Positions 9,181-18,277 of a stretch of 64,000 nt of DNA are shown piece by piece. The number at the start of each line of letters is the position of its first letter. The first letter of the stretch is position 1. The translations under genes and the position numbers were made by a program. The notes below the pieces were generated by a model, which was given only the letters and a program-made list of their open reading frames with translations, ran no database searches and was not told the DNA's origin. Source of the stretch: an uncultured Acidobacteriota bacterium (GTDB lineage Bacteria > Acidobacteriota > Polarisedimenticolia > Polarisedimenticolales > DASRJG01); contig CAZEII010000001.1 of the NCBI GenBank assembly GCA_964511835.1, positions 52,957-116,956 of the forward strand, given 5' to 3'.

Positions 9181-10777
9181 CCAGCTCGCGGAGTCGCGGG
9201 AGAAGGTCGGTGCGGCCCAAGGCAACGGCACGCCGATAGGCGTCGGCCGCGTCACGCCGTCGGCCGGTCTCATAGCGGAGGTGCCCGAGCTCGGCCCACG
9301 CCCGCGCATCGCCTGGATCGAGGAGCAAGGCCTTGCGAACCTCGCGCTCGGCCGCGTCGAGCCGCCCCAGACGGTGCAGGGCGAGCCCCAGGCTGACGTG
9401 CGGCTCCTCGCGCGCGGGCTCGATCCGCACCGCCTCGCGAAACGCGCGCTCCGCGCCGCTGAAGTCTCCGGCCTTCGCGAGCTGGAGCCCCTTGTCGTGC
9501 CAGGGACCGGCGAATTCAGGCCAATGGGCGATTGCTTCGTCGTACCGCCCCAGCCAATACGGCGCGCGCGGGCTCTTCGGGTTGTTGCGCGCCGTCGCGG
9601 CGAAGATCGTCGCGTCGTCCTTCCAGTCGAGAGATCTCGCGAACATGAGCATGCCGAATACGGCGATGACGCCGATCACGACGGCGCGCACCGAGCCGCC
9701 GGCGCGCGAGATCGGAAGCGCTGCGAGCAAACAGAGTCCGGCCACGGGGAGATAGAGAAAGCGCTCGGCGAGGATGGCCCCAACCGGTACGAAGAGATTG
9801 CCGACGAGGAGGTAGGGGAGAAGGGTCATCGCGGCGAAGAGCGCCGCCGCCCGGCCGCGCGTCGCCGTCCACAGGAGTCCGGCGAGGAGGATTGCGCCCA
9901 CGATCGGCCGAACCCCGAAAATCGAGGACTCGATCGCGACCGACGCTCCCGAATAGTCGTTGGCGAGGCCGAGCGGGAGCACGACGATCCGGGCGTAGCG
10001 GGCGACGAGCCCGAGCGCCGTCGCCGCGTACCGGGCCCCGTGCTCTCGGACGAGCGGGTTGTCGATCACCGGGACGGTCTGCGGCATGAAGAACGTTTCG
10101 AGTGCTTCGGTCCGCATGACGAGGAAGACAGTGAGGGCGAGAAGGGACGGCGCGATCATCCCGACGACGTCGAGCGGCCGGCGCGCGCCGAGCGCGGCCA
10201 GGACGACCAGAGGGAAGGCGACGAGGCCGGTCTCCTTCGATCCGCAGGCGAGCAGCACGCAGATCGCCGCCCCCCACGCGGCGAGACGCGAACCCTCCTC
10301 CGACGCCAGTCGCACGGCGGCGAGCGTGAAGAGGGCGGCGAGCAGCTCGGCGCGGCCGACGACGTTCGCGACCGCTTCGGATTTCGACGGACAGACGGCG
10401 AACAGGAGGGCGGCGAGGAGCGCGGCCCGCGGATCCGCACCGTACCGGGCGGCCAGGCCGAAGACCAGCCAGCAGACCGCGGCGTGAAGCGCGAGATTGA
10501 TCGCGTGGGACACCTCCGGCCGCGCGGCGCCGGTCGCCGCGCGCTCGAGCGCGTAGCTCGCCACCGTCGTCGGCCTGTAGAGCGTTCTGTCGTCGCCGCG
10601 CGCTCCCTCCCAATAGGACGCGCCGAAGATCGACTCGAGGCTCCCCCGGGCGACGACGACGCTCCCCTCGACCGCGACATGGTCGTCCTGGACGTATCCG
10701 GCGGTGAGAAGCGGGAGGTGGGAGGCGAGAACGGCCGCGGCCAAGAGGCCGGCGGCGGCTTTGGGCCCGAAGGTCAC
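9176..10777 (-). CDS. TMTC-like GT-C membrane glycosyltransferase with C-terminal TPR repeats, paralog 4
   Basis: Track ORF 9176..11704(-). The first 309 aa overlap ftsK and are Arg/Pro-rich junk. Start set at GTG 10777 (VTFGPKAAAGLLAAAVLASHL..), overlapping the ftsK stop (GTGA). Motifs AGYVQDDH, LYRPTT, SHAINLALHA, CPSKSEAVA, SKE, with C-terminal TPRs. Confidence 0.8.
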   Translation of the reverse strand: MTFGPKAAAGLLAAAVLASHLPLLTAGYVQDDHVAVEGSVVVARGSLESIFGASYWEGARGDDRTLYRPTTVASYALERAATGAARPEVSHAINLALHAAVCWLVFGLAARYGADPRAALLAALLFAVCPSKSEAVANVVGRAELLAALFTLAAVRLASEEGSRLAAWGAAICVLLACGSKETGLVAFPLVVLAALGARRPLDVVGMIAPSLLALTVFLVMRTEALETFFMPQTVPVIDNPLVREHGARYAATALGLVARYARIVVLPLGLANDYSGASVAIESSIFGVRPIVGAILLAGLLWTATRGRAAALFAAMTLLPYLLVGNLFVPVGAILAERFLYLPVAGLCLLAALPISRAGGSVRAVVIGVIAVFGMLMFARSLDWKDDATIFAATARNNPKSPRAPYWLGRYDEAIAHWPEFAGPWHDKGLQLAKAGDFSGAERAFREAVRIEPAREEPHVSLGLALHRLGRLDAAEREVRKALLLDPGDARAWAELGHLRYETGRRRDAADAYRRAVALGRTDLLPRLRELE

Positions 10778-13080
10778 GTGACGGAGCCCAGCGTCTCGAG
10801 GATCTCGGGGCCCACGAGCAGCTCGCGCGGTTTGCTGCCGTCGGCCGGCCCTACGATCCCCTCCTGCTCCATCATGTCGACGATCCGCGCGGCGCGCGCG
10901 TACCCCAAGCGCATGCGGCGCTGAATCAGCGTGATCGAGCACATCCCTTCCTGGAGGACCAGGCGCACGGCCTCGACGTACATCGCATCGCGGTCCCCGG
11001 CCTCGAACGGCCCTTCGCGCTCTTCGTCGGGATCCTTCAGGACCGACTCGTCGTACACCGGCTTCGCCTGCTTCTTCAAGAACGCGACGATCCGGTTCAG
11101 CTCCGGCTCGGTGATGAACCCGGAGTGGAGGCGGAGGAGACGCCCGGAGCCCGACGGGAGGAAGAGCATGTCGCCTCGGCCGATGAGGTGCTCCGCTCCC
11201 TGCTGGTCGATGATCGTGCGCGAGTCCACGCGTTGGCTGACGCGGAAGGCGATGCGGGCGGGGAAATTCGCCTTGATGGTTCCGGTGATGACGTCGACCG
11301 ACGGCCGCTGCGTCGCCAGGATCAGGTGGATCCCGACGGCGCGGGCCATCTGCGCCAGCCGCATGATCGACTCCTCGACGTCGGCGGATGAGACCAACAT
11401 CAGGTCGGCCATCTCGTCGATCACGATGACGACGTAGGGGAGGGAGGAAAGGGGAGTCTCCTCGCCGGTCTTCTCGTCCTTGAGCGCGGCGCCGGGGCGC
11501 TCCGCGACCGCCTGGTTGAACTGCTCGATGTTGCGCACGCCGAGCGAGGCGAGCTTCTTGTAGCGTTGCTCCATCTCCCGCACCGCCCACTTGAGGGCGG
11601 TCGACGCGTGCTTGGGCTCGGTGACGACGGGGATCAGGAGGTGCGGGATCTCCGCGTAGATCCCCAGCTCGATCATCTTCGTGTCGATCATGATGAACCG
11701 GCACTCGGCCGGCGTCGCCTTGTAGAGGATGCTCGTGATCATTCCGTTGAGGCCGACCGATTTTCCCGCGCCGGTCGCGCCGGCGATCAAGATATGCGGC
11801 ATGCGCTCCAGCTCCGCGGTGAAGACGTCTCCCTTGATGTCCTTCCCGAGAGCGAGCGTCAGCTTGGACTTGCCTTGCCGGAATTTCTCGGAGCCCAGAA
11901 GCTCGCGGGGATAGATGACCTCCTGGTGCCGATTCGGGACCTCGATTCCCACGGTGGACTTGCCGGGGATGCGGTCGATGCGGATCGATTCCGCCTTGAG
12001 GCCGAGGCAGAGGTCGTCGACGAGTCCGACGATCTTCGAATAGCGGACGCCGGAGTCCGGAGCGAACTCGAACGTCGTCACGACCGGTCCCGGATGGATC
12101 GCGACGACCTTCCCCTCGACCGCGAACTCGCGGAACTTGTCGGTCAGCTGCTGGGCGCGCGCGAGGAGGTCCTTCTCGTTCTCACCCTCCTGCGGCAGCG
12201 GGTCGTTGAGAAGCTCGAGGGGGGGAAGGGCGTACGCGCCGGCCGGCTGGCTCTCGAGGAGCTGATGTTGTTTGAGAGCCGGGGCGGGCGTCGGCTTCGG
12301 GGTCCTCGCCGTCACCTTGGGGCGCGCCGGAGGCAGGTCGATCGCCGCGTCGTCTTCCAGCTGGATCGAAGGCCGGACCGACGATGGCGCGGGCGGTTCG
12401 GCAGCGATCTGGCGCTGGGCCGCCGACTTCGCGTGCTTCTTCTCGAGCTGCCGCTTCTGAGCGTCGCGGCGACGAGCTTCGCGGAACGCCGAAAGACGCT
12501 CCCATCCGCTGGCCAGCTTCCCGCCCACCCCGACGCCCACCTTTTCGGCGGTGCGGGCGAACGAGAAGCGGGTGGTCAGGACGATCGTCGCCGCGAGCAG
12601 CGTGCCTGCCGTCAGGATCGCGCCGAAAGGATTCATCAGCGCCGTCATCAATCCGGCGATCCGCGTGCCGACGTAACCCCCGGCCGGAAACACCTCGCCG
12701 CCGTAGCGGATGGAGCCGTAGAGGAGATCGAGGAGCGTGGCGAGCGACGCGACGAGCGCGAGCAGGCCGAGCAGCCGGCCGTAGGAGGACGCCACGCTGC
12801 GGCCGCGGAATCGATTCCACCCGGTGACGGCGAGAACGGCCGGAACGAAGAAGGCCGCCGTCCCCAGAAGCTGAAGCAGAAGCTCGGCGAGAGTGGCGCC
12901 GACCCGCCCCGTCCAATTCGCCGCATGCGCGAACGCCGGCTGCGACTGGAACCAAGTCGCATCGGTCGCCCGGTAGCTGGCGAGCGCGACGATCGTGATC
13001 GCCGTCAACAGCAGGAGCAGAAGCCCCGCGACCTCGTCGAACCACCCCTTCTGGCGAAGCTTCGAGAGCGTCACGTCCAT
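10774..13080 (-). CDS. ftsK: DNA translocase FtsK/SpoIIIE
   Basis: 768 aa. It has N-terminal TM helices, a Pro/Ala-rich linker, the Walker A motif GATGAGKS, and a C-terminal winged-helix gamma domain (SITLIQRRMRLGYARAARIVDMME). Confidence 0.95.
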   Translation of the reverse strand: MDVTLSKLRQKGWFDEVAGLLLLLLTAITIVALASYRATDATWFQSQPAFAHAANWTGRVGATLAELLLQLLGTAAFFVPAVLAVTGWNRFRGRSVASSYGRLLGLLALVASLATLLDLLYGSIRYGGEVFPAGGYVGTRIAGLMTALMNPFGAILTAGTLLAATIVLTTRFSFARTAEKVGVGVGGKLASGWERLSAFREARRRDAQKRQLEKKHAKSAAQRQIAAEPPAPSSVRPSIQLEDDAAIDLPPARPKVTARTPKPTPAPALKQHQLLESQPAGAYALPPLELLNDPLPQEGENEKDLLARAQQLTDKFREFAVEGKVVAIHPGPVVTTFEFAPDSGVRYSKIVGLVDDLCLGLKAESIRIDRIPGKSTVGIEVPNRHQEVIYPRELLGSEKFRQGKSKLTLALGKDIKGDVFTAELERMPHILIAGATGAGKSVGLNGMITSILYKATPAECRFIMIDTKMIELGIYAEIPHLLIPVVTEPKHASTALKWAVREMEQRYKKLASLGVRNIEQFNQAVAERPGAALKDEKTGEETPLSSLPYVVIVIDEMADLMLVSSADVEESIMRLAQMARAVGIHLILATQRPSVDVITGTIKANFPARIAFRVSQRVDSRTIIDQQGAEHLIGRGDMLFLPSGSGRLLRLHSGFITEPELNRIVAFLKKQAKPVYDESVLKDPDEEREGPFEAGDRDAMYVEAVRLVLQEGMCSITLIQRRMRLGYARAARIVDMMEQEGIVGPADGSKPRELLVGPEILETLGSVT

Positions 13081-13092
13081 ACGGGCGCCAGT

Positions 13093-14766
13093 CTACAACT
13101 CAACGATGACCGGAATGATCAGCGGCCTCTTTTGCGTCCGCTTCCGGAGGAATCGCCGCAGGCCGGCTTGGATCTTCGCCTTGAGGAGCCCCTCGTCGGC
13201 CCGCTCCTCGAGCGAGGTGTCGGATAGGGAGAGCGCGACCACGTCGCGCGCCTCGCGGAGGAGCTCCTCCTCGGTCGCGTCCGAGACGAACCCCCGGCTG
13301 GCGATCTCCGCCGGGCCCGACACCGAGCCGCTGTCCCGGTGCACCGCGACGACGGCGATCACGATGCCGTCGCCGGCGATCTGCCGCCGGTCGCGCAGCA
13401 TCGTGAAGTCCACCCGGTCGAGCGCCCCATCGATGAAAACCTGGCCGACCGGGACGCGCTCGGCGCGCCGGAACTCCTCGGCCGTCAACGTCAGCAGGTC
13501 GCCCGACTCCGCGAGCAGCACGCGCTCCGGGTCGAGCCCGCAGGCGCGGCCGATCGCCGCGTGCGCCGCGAGCTGCCGGTACTCCCCATGGATCGGGAGC
13601 AGGAATTTGGGACGCAGAAGGTGGAGGAGGAGCGACAGCTCGTCGCGTCGCGGGTGTCCGGAAACGTGAATCGGTGCGTCCTCCGACGTGACCACCGTCG
13701 CCCCCCGCCGGAGGAGGTGGTTGATCATCCGCCCGATGCTCTTCTCGTTCCCGGGGATCGAGCGAGCCGAGTGCAGCACCAGATCCCCGTCGGAGACGAC
13801 GACGTCGCGATGCTTGTCGACGGCGATGCGGGCGAGCGCGGAGGTCGGCTCGCCTTGCGAGCCGGTGACGAGGAAGAGCGATCGCTCCGGCGGCAAGTTC
13901 ATCGCGGCCTCGGGAGTCACGGACGTCCCCGGCGGAATGCGCAGCAGGCCCAGATGAAGGGCCACGTCGGTGTGGAACTCCATCGACGACCCGACGATCG
14001 CGACCTTCCTCCCGTGCGCGACCCCCGTGTCGATCACTTGCTGCAGCCTGTGAATGTTCGACGAAAACGTCGTGACCAAAACGCGCCCGCGGGCTCCTTC
14101 GATCGCCCGCGCCAGGGCCGGCCCGACGGTCCGCTCGCCCGCCGTAAACCCGGGAAGCTCTGCGTTGGTGCTGTCGGAAAGGACCGCGAGCACCCCCTTC
14201 TCGCCCAGACGCGCCAGGCGCGCGAGGTCGGTCCCCGGCCCGCTCAAGGGGTACGGATCCAGCTTGAAATCGGCCGTGTGGACGATCTTCCCGACCGGCG
14301 TGTCGAGCACCAGCATCGAGGACTGGGGGATCGAGTGCGAGACGGCGAGCGTCTCCACGGTGAACGGCCCGAGGCGGAGCGCGGTGCCGTCGGGCGGGAA
14401 AGGGACGAGGCGCGGGCTGGCGTCGAGCTCGTGCTGCGCGAGCCGGCCGCGGACCAGGCCCAGCGTGTAGGGCGTGCCGTAGATGGGGACGTCGCGCCGC
14501 GCGAGGAGGAATGGAATCGCGCCGATGTGATCTTCGTGGCCGTGGGTCAAGAGAGCGGCGTGGATCGCGCCGCAGTCGTCCAGAAAATCCATGTTGGGCA
14601 CGACGACGTCGACGCCGAGGTGCTCCGCACCCGGGAACATCATCCCCGCGTCGACGACGACACAGTCCCCGCCGTAGCGGTAGACCATGAGGTTCATGCC
14701 GAACTCGCCGAGACCGCCCAGGGGGACGATTTCGAGCCGGTGGGCGCGAGCCATCCGCGGCATCAT
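13093..14766 (-). CDS. rnj: Ribonuclease J (metallo-beta-lactamase / beta-CASP)
   Basis: 557 aa with the HGHEDHIGAIPFLL motif. Layout is the full-length RNase J type (MBL, beta-CASP, C-terminal domain). Confidence 0.9.
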   Translation of the reverse strand: MMPRMARAHRLEIVPLGGLGEFGMNLMVYRYGGDCVVVDAGMMFPGAEHLGVDVVVPNMDFLDDCGAIHAALLTHGHEDHIGAIPFLLARRDVPIYGTPYTLGLVRGRLAQHELDASPRLVPFPPDGTALRLGPFTVETLAVSHSIPQSSMLVLDTPVGKIVHTADFKLDPYPLSGPGTDLARLARLGEKGVLAVLSDSTNAELPGFTAGERTVGPALARAIEGARGRVLVTTFSSNIHRLQQVIDTGVAHGRKVAIVGSSMEFHTDVALHLGLLRIPPGTSVTPEAAMNLPPERSLFLVTGSQGEPTSALARIAVDKHRDVVVSDGDLVLHSARSIPGNEKSIGRMINHLLRRGATVVTSEDAPIHVSGHPRRDELSLLLHLLRPKFLLPIHGEYRQLAAHAAIGRACGLDPERVLLAESGDLLTLTAEEFRRAERVPVGQVFIDGALDRVDFTMLRDRRQIAGDGIVIAVVAVHRDSGSVSGPAEIASRGFVSDATEEELLREARDVVALSLSDTSLEERADEGLLKAKIQAGLRRFLRKRTQKRPLIIPVIVEL

Positions 14767-14781
14767 ACCGTAGCGTTCGCT

Positions 14782-15639
14782 CTATCCCGGCCAGGCGCGG
14801 GCGAGCGCGAGAAATCCTTCCGCCGGGACCCGCTCGGCGCGCAGCGAGCCGTCGATCCCGGCGCGCGCGAGGAGCTCCTCCGCGGCTTCGTCGCGCGGCA
14901 GTGCGGCGCGGAGGTTTCGCTTGATCGTCTGCCGGCGTCGCGCGAACGAAGCCCGCAGGACGGCTTGGAGCGGCGCGACGAGGGAATCGTCGAGCGCGGC
15001 GACCTCCCGCCGCGTCCATCGAGTCACGGTCGACGTCACCAAAGGCGGCGGCCGGAACGCACGGGGCGCCAGGTCGAAGAGGCGCTCGATCGCGTAAGCC
15101 TGTCCTGCCAGCACGCTCAGCGGGCCGTACGACCCGCTTCCCGGCACCGCGGTGAGGCGGTCCGCAACCTCGCTCTGGAACATGAGGACCGCGCGCGTGA
15201 CGTGAGATCGCTCCCGCACGAGCTTCATCGCCAGAGGTTTCGAGATGTTGTACGGGAGGTTGCCGGCGATCAGCAAGGGACGTCCGCCCGCCAGCTCGGA
15301 GAGCAGGACATCGAGGACATCGGCCTCGATCAACCGCAGGCGATCCTCCCGGAACCGCTCGCGAAGAACGACCCCCAGATCTCTATCGATCTCGATCGCT
15401 GCGATCCGCGGGACGGCCTCGAGCAACGCTGCCGTCAGCGCGCCGCGCCCGGGGCCGATCTCGAGGACGTTGTCGGTCGCCTTCGGATCGAGCGCGGCGA
15501 CGATGCGCCGAATCGCCTTGACATCGATCAGGAAATTCTGGCCGAACCGCTTGCGGGGCGGAGAGGGCCCCGCCCTCTTGGAGGCCGTGACGAGCGAACC
15601 CCGCGTGCTAGATTGCTTCCGTCGCACGGAACCCGTCAT
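14782..15639 (-). CDS. rsmA: 16S rRNA (adenine1518/1519-N6)-dimethyltransferase
   Basis: 285 aa with KRFGQNFLID, EIGPGRGALT and GNLPYNIS motifs. Confidence 0.95.
   Translation of the reverse strand: MTGSVRRKQSSTRGSLVTASKRAGPSPPRKRFGQNFLIDVKAIRRIVAALDPKATDNVLEIGPGRGALTAALLEAVPRIAAIEIDRDLGVVLRERFREDRLRLIEADVLDVLLSELAGGRPLLIAGNLPYNISKPLAMKLVRERSHVTRAVLMFQSEVADRLTAVPGSGSYGPLSVLAGQAYAIERLFDLAPRAFRPPPLVTSTVTRWTRREVAALDDSLVAPLQAVLRASFARRRQTIKRNLRAALPRDEAAEELLARAGIDGSLRAERVPAEGFLALARAWPG
15587..15614 (+). promoter_or_regulatory. Candidate extended -10 promoter for trxA (GTGACG-N16-TGcTAGATT)
   Basis: GTGACG lies at 15587-15592 and TGC-TAGATT at 15606-15614, 43 nt upstream of the trxA ATG. The RBS GGAGGAG lies between. 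The element is inside the 5' end of the divergent rsmA. Confidence 0.35.
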
Positions 15640-15656
15640 TCGCGGAGGAGTGGTCC

Positions 15657-15989
15657 ATGTCCAGCCCCCAGATCGTTCATCTTACCGACGACAGCTTCGA
15701 CGAGACCATCAAGAACGCCCGAGGTCCCGTCCTCGTCGACTTCTGGGCCGCCTGGTGCGGACCGTGCAAGATCATCGCCCCGTACCTCGATCAGATCGCC
15801 AGCGAGGTCCAGGGCAAGGCGACGATCGCCAAGGTCAACGTGGACGAGAACGGCGACCTTTCGGCGCGCTTCGGGGTCCGCAGCATTCCGACGCTCGTGA
15901 TCTTCAAGGACGGCCGGGTCGTCGATCAGACGATCGGCGCTCTTCCCAAGGAGCAAATCCGGAGCTGGCTGGCCAAGCACATGGCCTAA
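15657..15989 (+). CDS. trxA: Thioredoxin
   Basis: 110 aa with the active site WAAWCGPCK. Confidence 0.95.
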   Translation: MSSPQIVHLTDDSFDETIKNARGPVLVDFWAAWCGPCKIIAPYLDQIASEVQGKATIAKVNVDENGDLSARFGVRSIPTLVIFKDGRVVDQTIGALPKEQIRSWLAKHMA

Positions 15990-17893
15990 ACCAGCGGCAG
16001 ATTCGCCGGGTCGAGGACGAGCACGATCGCGCCGTTGTCGAGGATCGCCGCCCCCGAATAGCCGCGAAGGCCGGACAGCGGGAGCGGAAGCGGCCGGACG
16101 ACCAGCTCGCGTCGTCCCACGACCTCGTCGACTTCGATCCCGATCCGATCTCCGTGCGCCGCCTCGCCGATCAACGCCATGCCCGCGCCGGGAGGCGCGG
16201 ACGAGGGCGGGAGCTTGAGCACGTCGGCCAGCGACCAGACCGGCACTTCCTCCGAGCCGGAATTCCAGAACCGCCGTCCCTCCCGCCACATCGTTCCGTG
16301 GTCGTCCATCGACGCCATCCGGGTCAACGCGGCGAGCGGGACCGCGAACGAGACGTCGCCGGATCGCACGAGGTAGGCCTGTACGAGCGCCACGGTCGGC
16401 GGGAGAGCGAGCTCGAATCGCGCTCCGCGACCGGGCCGCGCCTGGATTCGCAGTCGCCCCCCTGCGTTCTCGACGGCGTGCTTGACCACGTCCATCCCGA
16501 CGCCGCGACCCGACACCTCCGTTGTCTCGTCGACGGTCGAGAAGCCCGGTCGCGTGATCAGATCGAGCGCCTCCTGCTCCGAGAGGCGAACAGCCTCGAG
16601 GGGCGTGAGGAGGCCTCGCTCCACGGCCGCCTGCTTCAGGGCGCGAGGATCGAGCCCGCGGCCATCGTCCTCGACGAGGATCGAGAGCCGCGATGCGTGG
16701 CGCTCGACGACGATCCTCACGCGCCCTTCCACGGGCTTGCCCCGGACCGCGCGTTTGTCCGCGGGCTCGATGCCGTGGTCGATCGCGTTGCGCACCATGT
16801 GGAGAAGCGGGTCCATCAGCCGCTCGAGCAGGCTGCGATCGAGCCGGACGCTTTCCCCATCCACTTGGAGCTGGATCGGCTTGCCCAGTTTCTTGGACAG
16901 CTCCTCCGCCGCGCGGCGCAGTCGCTGCGTGGCGACCTCGAACGGAACGAGACGCATCTCGACCAGACCGTCGTAAGCGCGGCGCGCGATCAGGCGGGCG
17001 GACTGCGCCTCCTTCGCGAGAGGCGAGCCGGGCATGAGGTCTGAGAGGCCGGCATCGAGGCGCCCGATCGAGGACATCATCTCGAGAACGTCCTCGATGA
17101 TGGCGTCGAGCCGGTCCGCGCGGATGCGCAGGGAAGCCCGAATGCCTTGGGGAGCCGGCGTCTCGGGAGGCGCTTCCAGGGGAGCGAGGGTGAAGCTGCC
17201 CACGTCCTCGAGCGCGGCGATTCTCGCCGCGAGCGCGCGCAGGGTGAGATCCGAGACGAGCGCGACCGACAGGCGTCCGTCGAACCTTCCCGTGCGAAGA
17301 GCGGCCATCGGAGGCTCGATCCGCTTGAGCGCGCCGAGCTTTCCGAGCTGTCCCAGGACGACCGCCGCACGCACCGACGGAAACGTGCGGTCGCGCCGCA
17401 CGATCAGAGCGACCTTCACGCAGCCCGCCGGGCCGGATGCCGACGCGTCCCCCGCGGGTCGGGCGCTTCCACCGGGGTCGGCCTCCGCATACGGGGGTTG
17501 CGCACCCGAGGTGCCGACCACGAGGCTACGTAGCAGCTCCTGCAGCGGCGCCCGCTCCTCGTCGTCCACCGTCTGCTTGGCTTCGGCGCGGTCGACCATC
17601 CGTTCGAGGCAGGCCAGCGCGTCGCACAACGCCCGCCGGGTTCGGCCCGTGGGGGTCCTGCGACCCTCGCGCAGCTGATCCATCAGCGATTCCGCCTCGT
17701 GGGCCAAAGAGCTCATCGCCGGGTATCCCATCGAGGCCGCCATCCCCTTGACCGAGTGAACGTGCCGGAACAGCTCGCGGACGGCCGGCTCCCCGCCGGC
17801 CCCCTCATCGGCCGACGCCGCGAGCGATGCCGCCGCGCCGATGTGCTCGCGCGCTTCGGCGACGAAGAGATCGAGATACGGAGTGAGGTCCAT
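15986..17893 (-). CDS. cheA: Chemotaxis histidine kinase CheA
   Basis: Track ORF 15986..18040. Start moved to ATG 17893, 1 nt after the cheW stop. It has the Hpt motif HSVKGMAASMG, a dimerisation region, the HATPase boxes (DHGIE.., GRGVGMDVV) and a C-terminal CheW-like domain. No receiver domain. Confidence 0.9.
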   Translation of the reverse strand: MDLTPYLDLFVAEAREHIGAAASLAASADEGAGGEPAVRELFRHVHSVKGMAASMGYPAMSSLAHEAESLMDQLREGRRTPTGRTRRALCDALACLERMVDRAEAKQTVDDEERAPLQELLRSLVVGTSGAQPPYAEADPGGSARPAGDASASGPAGCVKVALIVRRDRTFPSVRAAVVLGQLGKLGALKRIEPPMAALRTGRFDGRLSVALVSDLTLRALAARIAALEDVGSFTLAPLEAPPETPAPQGIRASLRIRADRLDAIIEDVLEMMSSIGRLDAGLSDLMPGSPLAKEAQSARLIARRAYDGLVEMRLVPFEVATQRLRRAAEELSKKLGKPIQLQVDGESVRLDRSLLERLMDPLLHMVRNAIDHGIEPADKRAVRGKPVEGRVRIVVERHASRLSILVEDDGRGLDPRALKQAAVERGLLTPLEAVRLSEQEALDLITRPGFSTVDETTEVSGRGVGMDVVKHAVENAGGRLRIQARPGRGARFELALPPTVALVQAYLVRSGDVSFAVPLAALTRMASMDDHGTMWREGRRFWNSGSEEVPVWSLADVLKLPPSSAPPGAGMALIGEAAHGDRIGIEVDEVVGRRELVVRPLPLPLSGLRGYSGAAILDNGAIVLVLDPANLPLV

Positions 17894-17894
17894 G

Positions 17895-18275
17895 TCAGTG
17901 GAAACTTCCCGCCCGTTTGACGAGCGCTTCGGCATCGAGAAGAGCGTGGAGCCTCCCGTCGATCCAGACGTGGCCGGGGCTCGCGGGCGTGCCGTGACCC
18001 GAGCCGATGGGCACGGGGACCCAGAACGCCGCTCCCGCAAGCGGCGGGGCGAGCCGCAATACGTGCGCCGCGCGGTTCCCGTCGATCGGGCCGACGTCCA
18101 GCAGGGAAGGAAGGTCGATCACCGCGATCGCCCTTCCGCGCTGCTCCGCGAGACCGAGCACCGCGGGCGGGGCCAGCGGCACCGGATGGATCGGGCCGGC
18201 CGGCGCGACGTCCGCCACGGACTCGAGGGCGATCGCGCAGGGCGAGCCGGGCAGATCGAAGAACAGGACGTCCAC
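17895..18275 (-). CDS. cheW: CheW-like coupling protein
   Basis: 126 aa with a GTG start. The CheW-domain pattern is FFDLPGSPCAIALESVADV...VLGLAEQRGRAIAVIDL. It sits between the MCP and cheA genes. Confidence 0.75.
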   Translation of the reverse strand: MDVLFFDLPGSPCAIALESVADVAPAGPIHPVPLAPPAVLGLAEQRGRAIAVIDLPSLLDVGPIDGNRAAHVLRLAPPLAGAAFWVPVPIGSGHGTPASPGHVWIDGRLHALLDAEALVKRAGSFH

Positions 18276-18277
18276 CT

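Noticed and set aside
10773-10782. The perfect 10-bp palindrome GTCACGTGAC resembles the core of parS (TCACGTGA).
   Set aside because: Only the central 8 bp match, and the flanks do not fit TGTT..AACA. It coincides with the ftsK-stop / GTG-start overlap, so it is explained by the coding constraints.
10778-11704. N-terminal 309 aa of track ORF 9176..11704(-). Similar 5' extensions occur on ORFs 1810, 3402, 5288, 6910, 7992, 22571, 24324, 26393, 28892, 30381, 31988, 38862, 41426, 42142, 47241 and 62382..63788.
   Set aside because: The extensions overlap the preceding real gene out of frame and are Arg/Pro-rich. In every case an ATG or GTG overlapping the upstream stop gives a protein that starts where family homology (TM helix, signal peptide or conserved N-terminal motif) begins.
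13100-15900. Very long alternative-frame ORFs over rnj/rsmA: 13100..15019(-) 639 aa and 13339..15900(+) 853 aa.
   Set aside because: They overlap well-supported genes (RNase J, RsmA) in other frames or on the opposite strand. The translations are Arg/Pro/Gly/Asp-rich low-complexity strings with no recognisable motifs. This is typical open-frame noise in high-G+C DNA.
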